A program made the translations under genes and the position numbers. A stretch of 64,000 nt of DNA from an uncultured Clostridia bacterium (lineage in GTDB: Bacteria; Bacillota; Clostridia; Oscillospirales; Acutalibacteraceae), in contig CANQUV010000014.1 in the NCBI GenBank assembly GCA_947627135.1, forward strand, positions 10,533 to 74,532, in the 5' to 3' direction. Below, in pieces: positions 26,000 to 35,963 of this stretch (position 1 is its first letter; every line of letters starts with the position of its first letter). Below the pieces are notes generated by a model. The model saw nothing but the letters and a program-made list of their open reading frames with translations, did not search any database and was not told where the DNA came from.

Positions 26000-26179
26000 A
26001 TGATACTTGATGTTACAGGGATAGGGATAACTCCCAGCAAAAAAGGGGTTGATTGTATAGGTAACGGAAAATATAAGGATAAAAACGGAAACTATATTGA
26101 ATGTTGCTGCGATGAATGTGATTATTTTATATATTGTTTTGAAGAATATATAAATAAAAATTATCATATTAAATTTTAA
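26000..26179 (+). CDS. unannotated 59-aa cysteine-rich small protein
   Basis: AGGAGG lies 6 nt before the ATG. Product: MILDVTGIGITPSKKGVDCIGNGKYKDKNGNYIECCCDECDYFIYCFEEYINKNYHIKF. A terminator hairpin follows at 26224-26252. One codon below the ORF-track length cutoff. Confidence 0.6.
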   Translation: MILDVTGIGITPSKKGVDCIGNGKYKDKNGNYIECCCDECDYFIYCFEEYINKNYHIKF

Positions 26180-26251
26180 TATGATATAAATATTTTTAAA
26201 TTGCAATACTGCAAAGCTGCAAAAAATCCTCAGCTTAATAGCTGAGGATCT

Positions 26252-26950
26252 TTATTTCAATAAATGTATTGCTGTCTCCGCTTTATCAATAATTCTTAAA
26301 TCATTATCATAAGTACATAATTTCCTTGCCTGCTGTATATCCACCCAAATATAGCTGTCTATTTCTGATTCCTGAATTTTTACATTATCAGTAAACGCCC
26401 TAGCCAGAAAAAATACAACTCTTTTTCTTATTTTTCCAAAAGGACAATACTCGCTGATTTCTCTGAAATCACCGCAGATTTCAACATCAAGGTTTGTCTC
26501 TTCCTTAATTTCTCTTACAGCAGTTTCCTGTTCTGTTTCGTTTTTTTCAATATGACCTTTCGGAAAACTCCAATATCTTCCGTTGCTGTTCTTGACCAGC
26601 AAAAGATTTACGCTGTTCTGTCGGCCTTTATAAAAAATTACTGCGCCGCAGGATTTTTCATATAAACATTTAATTTTTTCTACAACTACATTTTTAAGTA
26701 CAGATAAAATTTCTAAAAGCTCCGGCTCATAAAAAATCTCGCCGTCACAAGCAATTATCTGCTTTTCTTCTCCGTCTTTAAATGTTACTACTGCAATAAC
26801 CGTACCGTTAAAAAAGTCAGCGGGCCTTTTTCTGGATACTATATATATACTTTTGTTTTTTTCGGAATCTGTGTTTGCATATCCTGTATAAAGACCTGCT
26901 TTTTCAGACAATATTCCGAAAACATTTGCCTCTGCCCTTTCTGCCAGCAC
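26252..26950 (-). CDS. NUDIX hydrolase with ~100-aa N-terminal extension
   Basis: Nudix box GHIEKNETEQETAVREIKEETNL in the C-terminal half. Confidence 0.75.
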   Translation of the reverse strand: MLAERAEANVFGILSEKAGLYTGYANTDSEKNKSIYIVSRKRPADFFNGTVIAVVTFKDGEEKQIIACDGEIFYEPELLEILSVLKNVVVEKIKCLYEKSCGAVIFYKGRQNSVNLLLVKNSNGRYWSFPKGHIEKNETEQETAVREIKEETNLDVEICGDFREISEYCPFGKIRKRVVFFLARAFTDNVKIQESEIDSYIWVDIQQARKLCTYDNDLRIIDKAETAIHLLK

Positions 26951-26989
26951 GGTAATACCTCCTTTTCAATTCTTTATTTATGCTTTTTT

Positions 26990-28264
26990 TCAGAACAAAG
27001 AGTCCATAGCTCTGATCTGCATAGGCGTATTGGCAGACATAATTCCATTTATAAACAATACTTCATCTATTTTGTTTTCACTGCAATACTTCGGAAGATT
27101 GCCTGTCCAGTGTCTAAAATCTATTACATGAACTTCGTCATAATTATAGGTAAGATAAGGTACAAATGCATTTCCGTAACTTTCCTTAATAACAGCAATT
27201 TTCTTGCCTGTTTCCCTGTTTGATTTTAAAATTGAGAGAGGATTATCTCCGTATATAAACACGCCGTAAGAATTAGAACCGCCTGTTTCTCCCTCATAAT
27301 ATACAGAATCATAAGTATTCATTTCCGATTCTGTTTCGGTTGCCATTTCCATTGTTGTTTCATAAGGGAATTTCCAATATGATACTGTATCAGTTCCTAA
27401 ATCTTCACTTACCATATTTGTAAACGATCCTGTAAATCCCTCTATTTTCCCCTCTGTACATTCTGTCAAAGGAAGTACTTCCTGATTTGTTGTCTTTGCA
27501 AATGCTTCATAAGCATAATATGAACCTAAACCCGTCCAATGATGATCTGTGTTAAAATATATATACTCATTACAATGCTTCGATAAATTATTATAACAGT
27601 TTATCGGTGTAACATTAGATCCCAATTTGCTGTATATTGTTTTTATATTTTCTGCTTGAGATGTTGTAGTGTATCCTTCACCATTTTTTAGTCTTTCAGG
27701 CAGACCCATTTCCGTGTGATTAGGCACTACCATACTGTAAACAGTAACTGATGGTCCCAGACTTTCAGCATAACCGTTTATTGCCTGGGAATAACTTGTT
27801 GCACTATCTTCAGAACCGTAAAAAAGCTCATATCCGGCGTTATTCCATATTAAAATATTTCCGTCAAGAGTTGCACTTTCGTTATTATCCTCCGGTTCAG
27901 GTGTTAAAAACTCTGTTGTGCTGGTAATATCAGAAATATTGTTTGATGTTCCGCTTGATGACGCTTTAGATTCACTTGCAGACGGTGCAGCTGTTGTTGC
28001 AGCAACAGTTTCTGTATTTATCGTTTCTGAATCTTTCCCGTTATCTCTACCTCCAAAACAACTTTTAAACATAACCGACAGCAACAGAATAATCAATACA
28101 ACAATAATAATCATTGAAGAAACAATAAGGATCCTGTTTCTTAATCTTTTTCTGTTACGTCTTCTTCTGTTATTTCTGTTATAATTTCTATTTTGAGAAG
28201 GTCTGTTATAATTACTGCTTCTGTAATTTTTGTTGTAATTCCTGTTGTACCCGTTATTTGCCAC
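26990..28264 (-). CDS. DHHW-family protein (second paralog) with N/R-rich cytoplasmic tail
   Basis: Signature FNTDHHWTGLGSYYAY. TM anchor follows the NRNYNKNYRSSNYNRPSQNRNYNRNNRRRRNRKRLRNR tract. Likely GTG start at 28264, 5 nt after AAGGAGGA. Confidence 0.7.
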   Translation of the reverse strand: MANNGYNRNYNKNYRSSNYNRPSQNRNYNRNNRRRRNRKRLRNRILIVSSMIIIVVLIILLLSVMFKSCFGGRDNGKDSETINTETVAATTAAPSASESKASSSGTSNNISDITSTTEFLTPEPEDNNESATLDGNILIWNNAGYELFYGSEDSATSYSQAINGYAESLGPSVTVYSMVVPNHTEMGLPERLKNGEGYTTTSQAENIKTIYSKLGSNVTPINCYNNLSKHCNEYIYFNTDHHWTGLGSYYAYEAFAKTTNQEVLPLTECTEGKIEGFTGSFTNMVSEDLGTDTVSYWKFPYETTMEMATETESEMNTYDSVYYEGETGGSNSYGVFIYGDNPLSILKSNRETGKKIAVIKESYGNAFVPYLTYNYDEVHVIDFRHWTGNLPKYCSENKIDEVLFINGIMSANTPMQIRAMDSLF

Positions 28265-28395
28265 AACTTTCCTCCTTAATTCACGAATTCCCCTATTTAA
28301 GTACTTATAATATGTTATTATACTACAAACCGTATTTAAATACAATCATTTTTTACAATCTTAAATCTTTTTCTGTTTTAAAAAAATATTTTTTA

Positions 28396-28424
28396 TTGAC
28401 AGTTAGTATGATGAATTGTATAAT
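28396..28424 (+). promoter_or_regulatory. sigma-A type promoter of the T-box leader
   Basis: TTGACA (28396-28401), 17-bp spacer, TATAAT (28419-28424). Confidence 0.7.
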
Positions 28425-28430
28425 GTACTT

Positions 28431-28720
28431 AATATTTTAAACCTGTGATCAAGAGTAGTAAGAATCATATTCTGCTTACAGAGAACCGTGTTTGGTGGAA
28501 ATCGGCAGCAGAATTTTTCCCAATGGACTTGTGAGGGCAGAGCAAAATCATATTAATATCATTTGTAATGTGCAAAAAGCAGTATGAGAGTAGTATCTGA
28601 CGGTATCCTCCGTTACAGGAAATGTTTTTGCAAAGTGGATGTTTACATCAATTTGGGTGGCACCGCAGAAGTTTTTTAGCTTTTGTCCCTTGTTATATAG
28701 GGATAAAAGCTTTTATTTTT
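28431..28720 (+). promoter_or_regulatory. T-box riboswitch leader, specifier UGG (Trp)
   Basis: AGAGA element in stem I. Specifier-loop UGG at 28496-28498, followed by A. Conserved T-box sequence AATTTGGGTGGCACCGC at 28650-28666. Terminator AGCTTTTGTCCC / GGGATAAAAGCT plus a T-run at 28678-28720. Confidence 0.8.
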
Positions 28721-28829
28721 AAAACATTAATTTAAAATAAAATTAAAAATGCCAAGTGGTTATCTGCCTCCGTATAATTTGGAAATATAACTTAATATAT
28801 TACTTAATTTATTAAAAAGGGTGATTTAA

Positions 28830-30017
28830 TTGGAATATAAATTTTCACAAAGGGTAAAAAATTTAAAACCCAGCGCAATCAGAGAAATTTTTAAATATGC
28901 ATCGGATCCGGAAGTTATTTCTCTTTCAGCAGGAAACCCTTCTCCCGAAGCTTTTCCATGTAAAGAAATTGAGGAAATATCAAAAAAAATATTTGAAGAA
29001 AATCCGATTTCCGTTTTACAATACAGTGTTACAGAAGGCTATACTCCATTAAGAGAACATCTTAAAAAGTATTTAAAGGAAAGTCAAAATATTGGCTCTC
29101 AAAATGATGATATTTTAATTACATCAGGCGCACAGCAAATTATGGATTTATGTTCTAAATCACTTCTTAACGAGGGCGAAGTTGTAATTTGTGAATCACC
29201 CAGCTTTATCGGCTCTTTAAATACCTTTAGAAGCTACAACGGTAAGCTTGCAGGAGTTCCCGTTGAATCAGACGGTATGAATATGCAGGCTTTAGAGAAA
29301 GTTTTGCAGGAAAACAAAAATACAAAATTTATTTATACCATTCCCAACTATCAAAACCCGTCGGGAGTTACAATGAGTCTTGAAAAACGCAAAAAAATGT
29401 ATGAACTTGCAAAAAAATACGGCGTACTTATTATTGAAGATAACCCCTACGGAGAACTTCGGTACAGCGGCGAGGCAATTCCCGCAATCAAATCATTTGA
29501 CACAGATAACATTGTAATTTATGCAGGAAGCTTCAGCAAAGTTGTTGCTCCGGGTATTCGTGTTGCATATACTGTTGCACCAAAGGAAATTTTTTCAAAG
29601 TTTGTTGTATGCAAGCAAGGCAGTGATGTTCACTCAAATATATGGGCACAGGTTGTTTGTTATGAATATATGACAAAGTATAATTTTGAACAGCATCTTG
29701 AAGAATTAAGAAAAATATACAGTATTAAAGCAAATTTCTGTATGGATTTGCTTGATAAATATGCTCCTAAAATCAAATATCATAAAATCGACGGCGGTTT
29801 ATTTATATGGTGTGAGCTTCCAAAGAGCGTTGATATGCCCGAGTTTTGCAAGACAGCAGTATTAAATAAGGTATGCGTTGTACCGGGAAACGCTTTTTTA
29901 ACTGACGAAAATGAAAAATGCCAAAGTTTCAGAATCAATTTTTCTACTCCTACCGACGAACAACTGGAAAAAGGAATTAAAATTTTGGGTAAACTGGCAG
30001 ATAAAATAATTAAATAA
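28830..30017 (+). CDS. PLP-dependent aminotransferase, class I/II fold
   Basis: 395 aa. PLP-lysine motif SFSKVVAPGIRVAY. TTG start after GGGTGA. Confidence 0.75.
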   Translation: MEYKFSQRVKNLKPSAIREIFKYASDPEVISLSAGNPSPEAFPCKEIEEISKKIFEENPISVLQYSVTEGYTPLREHLKKYLKESQNIGSQNDDILITSGAQQIMDLCSKSLLNEGEVVICESPSFIGSLNTFRSYNGKLAGVPVESDGMNMQALEKVLQENKNTKFIYTIPNYQNPSGVTMSLEKRKKMYELAKKYGVLIIEDNPYGELRYSGEAIPAIKSFDTDNIVIYAGSFSKVVAPGIRVAYTVAPKEIFSKFVVCKQGSDVHSNIWAQVVCYEYMTKYNFEQHLEELRKIYSIKANFCMDLLDKYAPKIKYHKIDGGLFIWCELPKSVDMPEFCKTAVLNKVCVVPGNAFLTDENEKCQSFRINFSTPTDEQLEKGIKILGKLADKIIK

Positions 30018-30051
30018 AACATAATTATAAAATAATAAAAAGGTGATAAAA

Positions 30052-31053
30052 ATGGAAAATACAGAAAAGAAAAAAATTGTTTTCAGCGCAATTCAGCCAA
30101 GCGGAACTATTACATTGGGCAACTATTTAGGTGCTGTAAGAAACTGGGTAAAAATGCAAGATGAATTTGACTGTATTTATGCTCTTGCAGATTTGCACAC
30201 AATTACCGTAAAACAGGAACCGGCGCAAATGAGAAAAAATATAATAGACGCTTATGCTTCTATCATGGCATGCGGTATTGATATAGAAAAAAGTTTATTT
30301 TTTATACAGAGTCATGTTCATACCCACGCAGAACTTGCATGGATATTAAACTGCAACACGCAATTTGGAGAGCTTTCAAGAATGACGCAATTTAAAGACA
30401 AATCTGCAAAACACGCAGATAACATAAACGCAGGATTATTTACCTATCCTTGTTTAATGGCGGCAGATATTTTGCTTTACCAAGCAGATTATGTTCCTGT
30501 TGGAGCAGACCAGAAACAACACCTTGAATTGACTCGTGATATAGCGCAGAGATTTAACGGTCTTTACGGAAATGTATTTAAGGTACCCGAGGGATACTAT
30601 CCAAAGCATGGTGCAAGAGTTATGAGTTTACAGGATCCGTCTAAAAAAATGAGTAAAAGTGATGAAAATGTAAACGGCTGTGTTCATCTTCTTGATACAC
30701 CTGAAGTTATTATGAAAAAATTTAAGCGTGCGGTAACAGACAGTGATTCTTGTGTTCGTTTTGCAGAAGGAAAAGATGGAATTAATAATCTTATGTCTAT
30801 TTACGGCGCAGTAACAGGGCTTACAAATGAGCAGATCGAAAAGGATTTTGAGGGTAAAGGCTACGGAGATTTTAAGGTTGCAGTAGGCGAAGCGGTTATT
30901 GAGGCTTTAAGACCCATAAGAGAAAAATACGAACAGTTAATTAAAGATAAGTCATATCTTGAAGAATGTTACCGTAAAGCTGATGAAATTGCCTTTAAAA
31001 TCAGCAGAAGAACTCTTAATAAGGCTATGAAAAAGACAGGATTTATTCTTTAA
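30052..31053 (+). CDS. trpS: tryptophan--tRNA ligase
   Basis: Class I aaRS motifs: IQPSGTITLGNYLG (HIGH region variant) and KMSKS. 333 aa from the ATG at 30052 with an AAAGGTG RBS. Confidence 0.92.
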   Translation: MENTEKKKIVFSAIQPSGTITLGNYLGAVRNWVKMQDEFDCIYALADLHTITVKQEPAQMRKNIIDAYASIMACGIDIEKSLFFIQSHVHTHAELAWILNCNTQFGELSRMTQFKDKSAKHADNINAGLFTYPCLMAADILLYQADYVPVGADQKQHLELTRDIAQRFNGLYGNVFKVPEGYYPKHGARVMSLQDPSKKMSKSDENVNGCVHLLDTPEVIMKKFKRAVTDSDSCVRFAEGKDGINNLMSIYGAVTGLTNEQIEKDFEGKGYGDFKVAVGEAVIEALRPIREKYEQLIKDKSYLEECYRKADEIAFKISRRTLNKAMKKTGFIL

Positions 31054-31162
31054 TTTGATAATTCATATTTAAAGTTTTAAAATAATCAAAATCATCCCTC
31101 AAAAGACGGTTATGTGTTTTTCTCTTAAAATCGGAACTGTCTAAAGTTATTAGTTTAAATAA

Positions 31163-31208
31163 CGCAAAAGGTTGACCAAAAATGCGGTCAACCTTTTGCG
31201 TTTATTTT
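31163..31208. terminator. bidirectional terminator between trpS and the convergent lipoprotein gene
   Basis: 15-bp stem CGCAAAAGGTTGACC / GGTCAACCTTTTGCG with T-runs. Confidence 0.75.
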
Positions 31209-31216
31209 ATTTACTG

Positions 31217-31687
31217 TCATTTACTTGATCTTTCTAAATACTTAACATAAGCTTTTTTGATAGCATCATATTTTTCCTCATCAGTATATGATTGATTCCA
31301 ATCGGTACCGCTTACTATGGTTTTGCCAATACAGCCCATAATTCTCGTGTGTGTATCGGTATCATATACATCGGCCTGTTCTATTCTTTCCATAGTGCCA
31401 TCATCTAAAACATAATAACCGGCTCCCAAAACATAATTCACATCATAAGATACAAAGAATGAGAGTTTTCCTGTTCCGTCAAAATCAAAGAACATAATTT
31501 TATTTATATATTCATCAGTGGTAGTCCCTGTTTGAGACGGTGTATCCCATTCGGAATTTAGTTTAAAAACATTATCAATGTTTTTACTGTCAGAATCCGT
31601 CAATGTAACACCCTGATTTGATGTGCATCCAACAAAAAGCAAAGTTAAGATTAAAACTGCTGATAGTGTAATATAAAACTTTTTCAT
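31217..31687 (-). CDS. lipoprotein of unknown function
   Basis: Signal peptide with lipobox LFVGC. ATGA overlap with the upstream gene. Confidence 0.55.
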   Translation of the reverse strand: MKKFYITLSAVLILTLLFVGCTSNQGVTLTDSDSKNIDNVFKLNSEWDTPSQTGTTTDEYINKIMFFDFDGTGKLSFFVSYDVNYVLGAGYYVLDDGTMERIEQADVYDTDTHTRIMGCIGKTIVSGTDWNQSYTDEEKYDAIKKAYVKYLERSSK

Positions 31688-32166
31688 TTCGGCTTAACCT
31701 CCCCGCATCCGCATGTTCCGACATAACTTGAATTGATTTTACCACACTTTTTACAAACCCATTCGCCTGTATGTACTGATCCTTTTGTTGTATTATAATC
31801 CAATTTAGTTCGGCACTTAAAGCATTGTGTATTATTGCTGCCGTTTAATTCACCGCAATTAGGGCACTCTATAAAACAAGGTTTTTTAGATACAGGAACA
31901 TTATCATTATCGTTTGGATTAATTTGTTCTTTGATGTTCAAAACCGCAATTCCGGCTATAAAAAGAACAATGCCGACAATTAAAAACAGCACAAATAAAG
32001 TATCGTAAATTTCACTCCAACTGCTTCTGCCGATATAATGCCCCAGAAAATAAATACTTGTTTTTGAATGGCTTGCGTCATTTGCAACATTTTTTATTAT
32101 GATTGCAAAGACAATAGATATTATTCCGGAAACAACATAAATTGAACCTGCTGTATTTTTCTTCAT
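31684..32166 (-). CDS. membrane protein with two C-terminal zinc-ribbon motifs
   Basis: Two TM helices, then CPNCG...CFKC and CKKCG...CGCG. Confidence 0.5.
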   Translation of the reverse strand: MKKNTAGSIYVVSGIISIVFAIIIKNVANDASHSKTSIYFLGHYIGRSSWSEIYDTLFVLFLIVGIVLFIAGIAVLNIKEQINPNDNDNVPVSKKPCFIECPNCGELNGSNNTQCFKCRTKLDYNTTKGSVHTGEWVCKKCGKINSSYVGTCGCGEVKPK

Positions 32167-32306
32167 ATTAAACCACCCCCTTATTATAAAAAATCAATAA
32201 ATGCCTTGTGTTAATTATAATATGCTTTCTATTAAAAAGCAAGTGCTTTTTAAAAAAATATTTAAAACTTTTATTTCATGGAGTATTATAAAAATGAGGT
32301 GTGAAT

Positions 32307-32558
32307 ATGTCTAAATCAAAACCAATATCCTTTGACAATGTAGATAAGTTTGTTGAGCTTGGGTTGAATATTGCATTTTACAGAAAGAAAAAAGGATTTA
32401 CACAGGAAGAATTGGCCGAAAAAATCGGTATAAGCCGTTCGCATCTCAGCGCTATCGAGGCCCCTAATGTTATTAAGGCGTTTTCCATTGAATTGCTCTT
32501 TGATATTGCAAATGTTCTTGATATTGAACCCTACAAGTTATTGGTTTTTAGAGATTAA
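32307..32558 (+). CDS. XRE-family HTH regulator
   Basis: HTH segment FTQEELAEKIGISRSHLSAIEAP. GAGGTG RBS 5 nt before the ATG at 32307. Confidence 0.7.
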   Translation: MSKSKPISFDNVDKFVELGLNIAFYRKKKGFTQEELAEKIGISRSHLSAIEAPNVIKAFSIELLFDIANVLDIEPYKLLVFRD

Positions 32559-32577
32559 AATTTTTAATAAAAACAAA

Positions 32578-32616
32578 AGATCACCCTGATATTACAGAAA
32601 ATATCAGGGTGATCTT
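32578..32616 (+). terminator. intrinsic terminator
   Basis: Stem AAGATCACCCTGATATT / AATATCAGGGTGATCTT. Confidence 0.7.
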
Positions 32617-32719
32617 AATTTTAGAATAATTTTTAGAAAACTGCCTGCAAACAGTTTTGAACAAAAGAAAACTTTTATATGATATTGTCATTCGGAAGAA
32701 ACATTCCGTTTTATTGTAA

Positions 32720-34258
32720 TTAGATTTTTATCATTAAAAAGCTTTGTGCTCCTAATGTAACTTTGCCGCTTTTTACTTTGCTTTCCTTGATTTTATATAC
32801 AACTTCTTTAACAGGAGTATCAAAATCAACAGAAGCGTCATTTAAGGTTGGATTTACAAATATTACAAACTGACCTCTTTTATATACAAAAGGAAACTTA
32901 TTTTCCTCTGCATAAAGTACTTCAAAATCTCCGTCTGCTTGTAAATCTTCATTTTCATGACGAAGCTTAATAATATCCGTTACAACCTTATAAATGCTGT
33001 CAGGGTCGTCTTTCTGATTTTCAACAGTGGGTGCGTCTGAAGATGGGTCAACCGGTAAATATGGATTATCTGATGTGGAAAAGCCCAGGTTTTTTCCGCT
33101 GTTCCACTGCATCGGAGTACGGGTTCCCGTTCTGCTGAAACCTCCTTCTTTACTTACAAGTCCTTTTATATATTTCATTCCGATTTCATCACCGTAATAA
33201 AGAAACGGCACTCCCGGAAGTGTAAAAATTACTGCATCACCAAGCTTAATTGCTTCCTTGTCAAGATAATTTGTCAGTCGGGGTGTATCGTGATTACAGG
33301 TAAACATACTGATATATCCGTTGCCTTTTGTTTTTTCATAACCTTCAAGATAAGTTCTTGTAAAGTCTTTAATGTTGCCTTTTCCGTTTTTATTGAAAAA
33401 TCCCTTGTTTTCTCCGTCCTCTGAAAAACGGAAAAGATAGTTGTTGGGATTTTTAAAGTGGTCAAGACAAAAATCCATGTGAAATCCTGCATTATTAATA
33501 GCTCGTACCGGATTAGACCATTCTGCTACAAGTGCAGCCTCCGGGTATTCCTCATCAAGCATTTTGCGGATACCTCTCCAGATTTTTGCAGTTGCAATTT
33601 TTTCTTCATCATTTTTTACAAGTGAATCAGCCATATCCACTCTGAATCCGTCTGCCCCCATATCAAGCCAAAAACGCATTATATCCTTTAACGCCTCAAC
33701 AGTTTTAAGACAGTCGGGATGGTCGCAGGGCAGCTGCCATGCAGGGTGTGTAATATCGTAAAAACCATAATTTAATGCAGGCTGTGAACTGAAAAAGTTT
33801 ACAAGATAATTGCTGTCTCTTTCACATATTCCGCACATTAATCGGTATTGCGGAGGTGCTTCCCATACACTGTCTGTAAAAATATATCTGTTTGACAAAT
33901 CATTTTTTTCAGCTTTCTTTGCCTGTTGAAACCACGGGTGTGTATCTGATGTATGCCCCGGAACTAAATCAAGCAAAATTTTAATTTCTTTTTCGTGAGC
34001 AACTTTAAAAAGCCTGACAATATCTTCATTTGTTCCGTAACGCTCTGCTACTTTTTTATAGTTCCTTACATCGTATCCTGCATCCATAAATGGTGAATCA
34101 TATATGGGATTTATCCAAATCGCATTACAGCCTAACCCTTTTACATAGTCGAGCTTTTGTATAATACCCTCTATATCCCCGATACCGTCGCCGTTAGTAT
34201 CATAAAAGCTTTGAGGATAAATTTCATAAAACACTGCGTTTTTTAACCACTTAGGCAT
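32720..34258 (-). CDS. cytoplasmic GH13 alpha-glucosidase / oligo-1,6-glucosidase-like enzyme
   Basis: GH13 regions: YEIYPQSFYDTNGDGIGD, DLVPGHTS, GFRVDMAD, and NHD in FTCNHDTPR. No signal peptide. ATG at 34258 after AAAGGA. Confidence 0.8.
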   Translation of the reverse strand: MPKWLKNAVFYEIYPQSFYDTNGDGIGDIEGIIQKLDYVKGLGCNAIWINPIYDSPFMDAGYDVRNYKKVAERYGTNEDIVRLFKVAHEKEIKILLDLVPGHTSDTHPWFQQAKKAEKNDLSNRYIFTDSVWEAPPQYRLMCGICERDSNYLVNFFSSQPALNYGFYDITHPAWQLPCDHPDCLKTVEALKDIMRFWLDMGADGFRVDMADSLVKNDEEKIATAKIWRGIRKMLDEEYPEAALVAEWSNPVRAINNAGFHMDFCLDHFKNPNNYLFRFSEDGENKGFFNKNGKGNIKDFTRTYLEGYEKTKGNGYISMFTCNHDTPRLTNYLDKEAIKLGDAVIFTLPGVPFLYYGDEIGMKYIKGLVSKEGGFSRTGTRTPMQWNSGKNLGFSTSDNPYLPVDPSSDAPTVENQKDDPDSIYKVVTDIIKLRHENEDLQADGDFEVLYAEENKFPFVYKRGQFVIFVNPTLNDASVDFDTPVKEVVYKIKESKVKSGKVTLGAQSFLMIKI

Positions 34259-34468
34259 AAAAGAACATCCTTTCAAAACAGGTAAATACCCTTAATTATT
34301 TTAATAAAGTTTACCATTTTATTATAACTATTGCAATATATTTTTCATCTCCAAAATAAATTTTATTTTATAAAACATGTAAATTTTAGTTACCAATAAT
34401 ATTCACTTGCAAATTTTAATAATTCATCATAATATGGTAACAGAAACTTTATTTTTAAGGAGATAATT

Positions 34469-35038
34469 ATGACAATAGAGCAAATAGACAGCTCAAAGGT
34501 GTTGATTGCACTTTGTAATCAGGATATGAAGGATTACGAACTTGAATTTGACTCTATGGGCTTTGAAAATACTCATTCAAAAAAGATTCTCAACAGGTTT
34601 ATCACAATGGTTTGCAACAAAACAGGCTTGTCTACTAATAACAAAAGGCTTTTAATGGAAGCCCTTCCACATCAAAACGGATGCTTGATACTTGTAACAT
34701 TTATGGAAAAACGGATTCCGAGAACAAAGTACAGAATAAAAAAGCCAAAAGAAAATACCTGCTTTTGTTTTGAAAAAACTGAAGATTTTTTAAATGCAAT
34801 ATCACTTATTTACAAAGAAAATATTTATATTCGTTCAAGCAAGGCATATTTGTTTAAAAAGGAATATTACCTTGTTTTTGACTATCAGCCTATCCCCCAG
34901 ATTGCTAAAAGGATACTAAATGAATACGGAAAGCGAAAAAAATGCACAAGAGCATTTTTATCTGCCTTAAAAGAGGCAGGAACGACAATATGCGATAAAA
35001 ATGCAGTTGATACCATAGGCAAAGCTTTTTCAAGATAA
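34469..35038 (+). CDS. mecA: MecA-like adaptor protein
   Basis: Start M.IE.I....V resembles MecA (MEIERINEHTV in B. subtilis, recalled from memory). The C-terminal half (AYLFKKEYYLVFDY ... LNEYGK) parallels the MecA ClpC-binding domain. Confidence 0.55.
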   Translation: MTIEQIDSSKVLIALCNQDMKDYELEFDSMGFENTHSKKILNRFITMVCNKTGLSTNNKRLLMEALPHQNGCLILVTFMEKRIPRTKYRIKKPKENTCFCFEKTEDFLNAISLIYKENIYIRSSKAYLFKKEYYLVFDYQPIPQIAKRILNEYGKRKKCTRAFLSALKEAGTTICDKNAVDTIGKAFSR

Positions 35039-35041
35039 TTA

Positions 35042-35072
35042 AAGCGGTCATCATTTTTGATGACCGCTTTAG
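35042..35072 (+). terminator. intrinsic terminator after the mecA-like gene
   Basis: Stem AAAGCGGTCATCA / TGATGACCGCTTT. Confidence 0.7.
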
Positions 35073-35291
35073 TTTATTAAAATAATTACTTTCCAAAATT
35101 GACTGTGAAAAATAGTTTTGTACTTTACTTTAAATTCTTTAAAATATACATTTTATGTATTATTAAAGTTTCGCTAAAATTATTCGGCGGCAAAGGGATT
35201 CTTGCCTTTTGAACTCGTCGGCTTTTTTTAAAAATCTAAGAAAAAACTTTTAATATATTAAGGTATAAGCTTATTTTTTATACCCTGAACT

Positions 35292-35951
35292 TTATATTTC
35301 CAGATCTGCAGCAGCTTTTAAGTTTTCAATGGCTTTTTTGCTGTTTTGAGCTTTAAAAACAGCCGTTCCTGCAACGCATATATCAACTCCTGCCTTTGCT
35401 GCTTGTCCGATTGTATCTTCTGAAATACCGCCGTCAACTTCAATTAAAAGAGCTGGATTTTCTGTTTTTGTTTTTGCCTTTATTTCTATAACTTTTGAAA
35501 GCATATCTGCCATAAAGCTCTGTCCTCCAAAACCGGGCTCTACTGTCATTACAAGCACCATATACAAATCCTTTAAATACGGAAAAACCGAGCTTGCAGG
35601 GGTATTGGGCTTAATTACAAGGCCTGCCTTAATTCCCTTGCTTTTAATTTTATTAATCGTCTGTTTAATATCAGAGTCGCTTTCTACATGAAAAGTTATT
35701 ATATCTGCACCTGCAGAAGCAAAATCATCAATATATTTAAGCGGCTCCGAAATCATTAAATGAACATCAAAAGGAATTTTTGTATAAGAACGAACAGCCT
35801 TAATTACAGGGGCTCCAAAGGTTATATTTGGTACAAAATGACCGTCCATTACATCAAGATGAATAAAATCAGCTTTAGCTTCTTCCATTCTTTTTATTTC
35901 TTGACCCATTTGTGAAAAATCACAAGATAAAAGTGATGGAGCTATTAACAT
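35292..35951 (-). CDS. rpe: ribulose-phosphate 3-epimerase
   Basis: PSLLSCDF, HLDVMDGHFVPN and VDGGI motifs. 219 aa. Confidence 0.92.
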   Translation of the reverse strand: MLIAPSLLSCDFSQMGQEIKRMEEAKADFIHLDVMDGHFVPNITFGAPVIKAVRSYTKIPFDVHLMISEPLKYIDDFASAGADIITFHVESDSDIKQTINKIKSKGIKAGLVIKPNTPASSVFPYLKDLYMVLVMTVEPGFGGQSFMADMLSKVIEIKAKTKTENPALLIEVDGGISEDTIGQAAKAGVDICVAGTAVFKAQNSKKAIENLKAAADLEI

Positions 35952-35963
35952 AAAATCTTCTCC

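Noticed and set aside
25976-26206. 76-aa minus-strand track ORF
   Set aside because: It lies antisense to the RBS-supported 59-aa Cys-rich ORF, has an Ile/Phe/Tyr-rich noise composition and no RBS.
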